Source: Antedon mediterranea (taxonomy: Eukaryota; Animalia; Echinodermata). From it: a stretch of DNA of 64,000 nt. Positions 62,101 through 64,000 of this stretch are shown piece by piece. The notes beneath the pieces were generated by a model. That model was given only the letters and a program-made list of their open reading frames with translations. It searched no databases and was not told where the DNA came from. Position 1 is the first letter of the stretch. Every line of letters begins with the position of its first letter. Where the stretch lies: assembly GCF_964355755.1 (NCBI RefSeq), contig NC_092679.1, positions 13,747,432 to 13,811,431 on the forward strand, read 5' to 3'. The position numbers were made by a program, and so were the translations under genes.

Positions 62101-63091
62101 AGCAGCAGCAGCAATGGCAGCAAAAAACAGCAGAAGAAAGAGAAATTGCAGCATCGGCAAGAGAAGCATCGGCAGCAGCAGAAACAATTTTGAAGGTAAC
62201 AATTGAACTTACAAGTTAGATATCACGGTGGATCCTTTAAATGTGGTATTTCTCAATATAGTTATTTTGTTGTTGGTCAAGCTCCTATTATGAAAAAAAA
62301 AATATGTCACTACTTAGGATACTTTATTAAATGCGATTGTATAATAGTAACTTCGTTTTATCATTTCCTATGCTTTATTCATTGACTGTGAAATCTTCAG
62401 AAATACGTTTTATTGTTGTTATTGTTTTAAACCGCAGTGCCGTCCAGTTGTAATTAATAGTGAGACTTTTCATCGCGACGGTAAACGAAAAGAGACGGTA
62501 ATTTAATATATAGAGTCTGGTGCTAAATGCCTTCGAAACAAAAGCAACAACGGTTAGCCTCCTCTAGGCTTAGGCCCCTGATCCTATGCATGCAAGCTCG
62601 GTTGAGCAGGTTCTGCGTTAGTCAGGCTAGGTATTCGATTAGCAAATTTAAAAATATGAACTAAAAAACACATAATCAAAAACGGAGTTTAAAAAAAAAT
62701 AAATCTAGAAGAATAAAAATGAATTTACATCCTACACATACTATATATACACATATGATGTTTTTGTTATGAAAATAAACAACTTGTGCCTATCATGTAT
62801 ACATTTGCTTTGCTTATGGTTTAACAGTTTCAGAAAGACGTCAACTGTGCTGCTTCGTCTGGTTGAATTGTAAGACCGATCTTTAGATCGGCTAAATACA
62901 ATGAACGGAATGTATGCCACCTACTTTCGTTAATTTACCGTCTCGAAGCAAAAGCTCACTACTAAAAGTTAGTTCTACACACGTAAAAGAAGTAACATTT
63001 TCAAATTATATTGTCTACTTACAAAATACGAAGAAATGGAAGATCATTAAAAACTGTGGATATGTCTGTCAGCAAATTTTTGTCTGCATGT
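20045..63091 (-). CDS. Multi-exon host gene: LRR array, Cys-rich (GCC2/GCC3-like) region and ~8-9 TM helices; 5' end not identified; one frameshift near 20866
   Basis: Manually spliced GT-AG exons: 63091-63023, 62284-62213, 60880-60809, 52040-51969, 50647-50570, 46343-46278, 44319-44251, 43415-43344, 36030-35968, 30606-30472, 24260-24192, 23532-23458, 23288-23217, 22974-22915, 22290-22115, 21998-20303, 20163-20045. All junction phases are compatible. Confidence 0.8.
20303..21998 (-). CDS. Large exon: Cys-rich repeats plus multi-pass TM domain, frameshift near 20866
   Basis: GFYQD...CQRCPLGSFS...CQTCPSG, CVEGYTGWLCAACSNGHY..CHKC, LKISINFYQV, HWP, LTSDYSID, FWFWESFEL. ORFs 20863-21780 and 20259-20894 overlap in different frames. 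Confidence 0.85.
22115..22290 (-). CDS. Cys-rich linker exon
   Basis: tttgctag acceptor (phase 2); VCVTEGTEIEIK...CSPCKEGTY...CAKCPPG; gtatga donor (phase 1). Confidence 0.75.
22370..22820. mobile_element. Non-autonomous repeat related to the 5' part of 52394-60726 (class uncertain)
   Basis: Shared CTTAGAGGTnAATATnAGATTTGACATCCnCGAGG and GGTGATATnTGTTATATTA motifs. Confidence 0.5.
22915..22974 (-). CDS. LRR exon (60 nt, phase 2-2)
   Basis: YLNCCGLKSIPSNIGKLIN; ag/gt flanks. Confidence 0.65.
23217..23288 (-). CDS. LRR exon (72 nt)
   Basis: YLFDNPIMQIEENALSHMIEKGTV; cag/gtatgt. Confidence 0.8.
23458..23532 (-). CDS. LRR exon (75 nt)
   Basis: FLYGNKISNITYKTLETQNTTLEY; cag/gtgag. Confidence 0.8.
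24192..24260 (-). CDS. LRR exon (69 nt)
   Basis: FLVHNNITFIEDGAFNETNLYFL; tttcag/gtaagc. Confidence 0.85.
25392..25550 (+). mobile_element. tRNA-derived short repeat abutting the DIRS/Ngaro element
   Basis: A-box-like TGTACAATGGTTAG and B-box GGTTCAAATC; body shared with 1375-1490. Confidence 0.55.
25890..26400 (+). pseudogene. SGNH hydrolase/esterase ORF of the retroelement
   Basis: Block I LVGHSFVRRL, block II SRGGAT, block III DIVYVHLGENDI (about 26083-26118), block V DGVHLN (about 26373-26390). Confidence 0.8.
26650..27260 (+). pseudogene. gag-like ORF of DIRS/Ngaro
   Basis: LGSNVPL*VKNKIWANGYIDLKTLI, W...AITIYMSI, MLKYVSNI, WRTYDESFRK, WDVLHPEL, then Cys/His-rich C-terminus. Confidence 0.75.
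27315..29005 (+). pseudogene. RT/RNase H of DIRS/Ngaro
   Basis: LPTPV, ISSPLGVVPK, SKTDIEDAF, LPMGA, HILDDFF, LGIELDT-like, FSDAA, LELFPI, CDN, NVWADLLSR. Confidence 0.85.
27365..27490 (-). mobile_element. L2-type 3' tail (SINE or LINE end) inserted in the RT ORF
   Basis: Reverse strand reads GCGCCTTGAGCACTCTTGAGTGGTATGTGCGCTATAAAAAT followed by (TTAT)n; it interrupts WYLAG|YTQELF. Confidence 0.6.
29070..29905 (+). pseudogene. Tyrosine recombinase (inactive)
   Basis: SLAPATIKAY, RLPIT, GFFWIGE (catalytic R to W), KT, CPV, GHSFHIGAAT (R to H), frameshifted GRWNS. Confidence 0.85.
30472..30606 (-). CDS. Double-LRR exon (135 nt)
   Basis: DLSWNSLTSLEDRKIPAVKNLFLGKNNIQSISTKIFANMSSLQTL; tttcag/gtgagt. 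Confidence 0.85.
31393..32494. mobile_element. Foldback/MITE-like element with arms of tandem GGACAACTACCCCC repeats
   Basis: Left arm 31400-31700 is C-rich tandem; right arm 31826-32493 is the reverse-complement GGGGGTAGTTGTCC tandem; AT-rich spacer between. Confidence 0.75.
32610..35667 (+). mobile_element. PIF/Harbinger element (inner) with a MADF/BESS-like ORF remnant
   Basis: TIR AGGCCGGTGCACACCnAACGCGAAGCCGCGAA with TWA flanks. MADF-like FMEILCHYPSCLYDKGSKSYTDRNIRINA* (32886-33002) and BESS-like GQYIIAMELRAI..KRGLAIMRLIQV (33540-33660). Confidence 0.8.
33771..34322. mobile_element. MITE with AGATGTATTGTCC TIRs (TTAA-type, Kolobok-like)
   Basis: AGATGTATTGTCCTTT ... AAAGGGACAATACATCTTTAA; another end copy at about 34619-34637. 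Confidence 0.6.
35968..36030 (-). CDS. LRR exon (63 nt)
   Basis: LLAYNRLTEIPIFRGYIYGTL; tttag/gtgagt. Confidence 0.8.
37429..38062. mobile_element. TTAA-flanked MITE (Kolobok-like)
   Basis: TTAAAGCCCCATTCCCT ... AGGGAAGGGGTCTTTAA; removing it plus one TTAA restores the LINE frame. Confidence 0.8.
38087..40553. mobile_element. Non-autonomous Academ with ~700-bp TIRs
   Basis: TAGTCCATGGGATTTAG ... CTAAATCCCATGGACTA with AAC TSD; arms about 38087-38770 and 39710-40553. Confidence 0.9.
41259..43139 (-). mobile_element. Non-autonomous Helitron
   Basis: Minus strand: A|TCTATATATATAAA ... hairpin CTAGAGAGGAGCGAGCGAAGCGAGCTCACCCTCTAG|T, no TSD. The empty site restores the LINE codons CCT AAT ATT. 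Confidence 0.9.
43344..43415 (-). CDS. LRR exon (72 nt)
   Basis: NLVNNNISFIHKDAFVALDRIFSL; ttttcag/gtgagt. Confidence 0.85.
43513..43642 (-). mobile_element. Minimal HINE family A copy (ends plus microsatellite only)
   Basis: ATAGTTCACTATGTCGG(TCGG)n ... ATATGGCCTTGT. Confidence 0.65.
44251..44319 (-). CDS. LRR exon (69 nt)
   Basis: YLDNNKLRSIPSKAFQGGDILVL; tag/gtaagt. Confidence 0.85.
44362..44702. repeat. Near-perfect ~171-bp tandem duplication
   Basis: TGACCCGAAGTTACTTTAGAGATGCAACC...TTTTATAGCATTTTTAAAT occurs twice. Confidence 0.9.
44790..45535 (+). mobile_element. 3' end of an L2/Rex-Babar-type LINE
   Basis: ORF 44818-45378: MIVDFR, YKYLG, KKGQQRLYLLRQL, HPLH, RTKRYNKSFVP. Confidence 0.85.
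45640..46475 (+). mobile_element. Diverged, partial Helitron of the 54456-55848 family
   Basis: GTAAATCACGTGTAAATTCTAGAATTTTACTC near the start and a truncated CTAGATGGTACGCGAGCGAA hairpin at about 46455. Confidence 0.4.
46278..46343 (-). CDS. Degenerate LRR exon (66 nt)
   Basis: FISPSVVELSTGTFKLSTGSS; ttttag/gtgagt, phase 2-2. Confidence 0.6.
46550..50500 (-). mobile_element. Near full-length decayed single-ORF APE-RT LINE (RTE-like)
   Basis: KIGTINIRT, ALQEVR, IYAPT, LGDFNA, FTWY, RTLDYL, SDH, QYGFR, YTDD; no ORF1 seen; multiple frameshifts. Confidence 0.85.
48991..49784 (-). mobile_element. HINE/DINE-1-like family A, full copy
   Basis: TTTTTAGTCGCGTGGAAGCGACT hairpin end, (GTCG/GTCT)n, subTIR CACGCGACT, GGCCTTGTT end; inserted at TT without TSD. 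Confidence 0.9.
50570..50647 (-). CDS. LRR exon (78 nt)
   Basis: RIKNNKKLQMLGENAFAFTNGGSVN; tttcag/gtaaga. Confidence 0.8.
50725..51500 (-). mobile_element. HINE family A, full copy
   Basis: Near-identical to 48991-49784. Confidence 0.9.
51618..51900. repeat. Two diverged ~150-bp tandem copies
   Basis: GAATAAGTAAnTAGCTTTAC...GGATCGATG...GACCTACTCTAC..TTTGC.ACCCTA.TTCCGC occurs twice. Confidence 0.6.
51969..52040 (-). CDS. LRR exon (72 nt), duplicate copy B
   Basis: YLSSNDINIIEPFTFANNSKLVNL; ttcag/gtaagt. Confidence 0.85.
54456..55848 (-). mobile_element. Non-autonomous Helitron, complete
   Basis: Minus strand: A|TCTATATATAAATTTACG ... CTAGATGGTACGCGAGCGAAGCGAGCGTACCATCTAG|T; ~90-bp tandem duplication at the 5' end. 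Confidence 0.9.
56092..58500. mobile_element. TTAA-flanked DNA transposon (Kolobok-like, non-autonomous)
   Basis: TTAAAGGGGGGGTTCCGGGTTTAAAA ... TTTTAAACCCAGAATCCCCCTTTAA; TTAA TSD shown by restoration of the L1 frame. Confidence 0.85.
56127..56965 (+). mobile_element. HINE family A, full copy
   Basis: AACAAGGCC..AGTCGCGTG, (ACAG/ACCG)n, AGTCGCTTCCACGCGACT-AAAAA. Confidence 0.9.
60398..60490 (+). mobile_element. tRNA-derived SINE-like head
   Basis: GTGGTGCATCGG A-box-like and GGTTCAAGTC B box, followed by a T-rich tract. Confidence 0.45.
60809..60880 (-). CDS. LRR exon (72 nt), duplicate copy A
   Basis: YLSSNDINIIEPFTFANNSQLAHL; tttcag/gtaagt. Confidence 0.85.
62213..62284 (-). CDS. LRR exon (72 nt)
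   Basis: SLTNNKITILRNTTFKGSTVISNL; tag/gtaagt. Confidence 0.85.
63023..63091 (-). CDS. LRR exon (69 nt)
   Basis: HADKNLLTDISTVFNDLPFLRIL; tttcag/gtaagt. Confidence 0.8.
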
Positions 63092-64000
63092 CTGAAATGT
63101 TTAGATAAATTAAAATTATTATTAATAACTAAATATAACTCAATACATTACATAGTGTATCTTTTAATGTATGCGTATCATTGCTATAGAGTTCTGCGTT
63201 GCTGACGTCACGACGGTAGATGGCGCTGCGTGGACGGTATGTACAGAGCCATATTATATTTAAAGAGTTACGACATTGGATTATAGTCACGTGATATGCA
63301 GATCAATTTGTGTCAAACTTGTCTCCGTTAATTCATGTAAAGTGTAGGAGCAAGAAAATACTTTAAACATTTTCTTATATTTAAACAAAATGTAATTGCA
63401 CATTTAACGGTGAAATATCGATGTGCACAGCGTACAGATTTAAGTACTTGCGGCAAAGAATATTGCGCGCGCATGCGCTAGTACATTATAAAGTTCGAAT
63501 GATTGATTTTGGAACGAAACATCCCATAACTACGTCCTATTATTATAACAATTATGTAATAATATTTTCAATTCATAATGCATGCTTTGATGACTAAATG
63601 AATAATAAAGTGTCGTGGATATATTTGTTAATATATTGAATAGGGTGTGAACAATATGAAAATAATAAAGGCAAATTATTACAAATGAAATAATGTACGA
63701 GTCTCTGAAAGTTAGTATTAAAAACACACGGAGAGCATATACTGTATAAAAAGAGGGGTGAATTTATATTGGTTCATGCTTTGATGTATCCTGACTTGCA
63801 TGTAGGCCCTAGCATATATTATTTTGTTATTATAGACACAATATATATATATATATATATGTTGCCAAATTAAAACCATTAATAAAATTAATTACTAAAA
63901 CAAAAAAGGAATATAAGCGTTATTTCATAGACAAAAAAATCTAAAAATAGTGCATGAACTACAGGAAAACGCTATACAAAATAGACGCGCGCGCCCTCAA

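Noticed and set aside
62005-62202. Hydrophobic Leu/Ala ORF resembling a signal peptide
   Set aside because: Derived from an intronic (GCA)n-like tract downstream of LRR exons.
62820-62892. LRR-like stretch DRSYNSTRR..DVF
   Set aside because: No convincing donor at the expected distance and poor consensus.

Overview
AT-rich eukaryotic DNA, probably from a marine invertebrate (frequent AGGCCTA words suggest an echinoderm; inference only). Most of the window is nested transposable elements: three Academ elements (TAG...CTA ends, 3-bp TSDs; one carries decayed XPG-like/CXC coding sequence in an inverted duplication), non-autonomous Helitrons (TC...hairpin-CTAG, A|T target), two families of Helentron-type HINE/DINE-1-like elements, nested PIF/Harbinger elements, TTAA-flanked Kolobok-like MITEs, a decayed DIRS/Ngaro tyrosine-recombinase retroelement with an SGNH-hydrolase ORF upstream of gag, and several LINE fragments (RTE, CR1/L2, L1/Tx1). 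Threaded through these on the minus strand, and mostly absent from the ORF track, is a host gene spanning at least 43 kb (at least 63091 down to 20045). I reconstructed it by hand from GT-AG junctions: 14 small phase-2/phase-2 leucine-rich-repeat exons, a Cys-rich (GCC2/GCC3, ephrin-receptor-like) region and about 8-9 transmembrane helices. It contains a recently tandem-duplicated LRR exon whose three differences are all non-synonymous, and a single frameshift in the large TM exon. Coordinates were counted by eye and may be a few nt off; no database searches were run.
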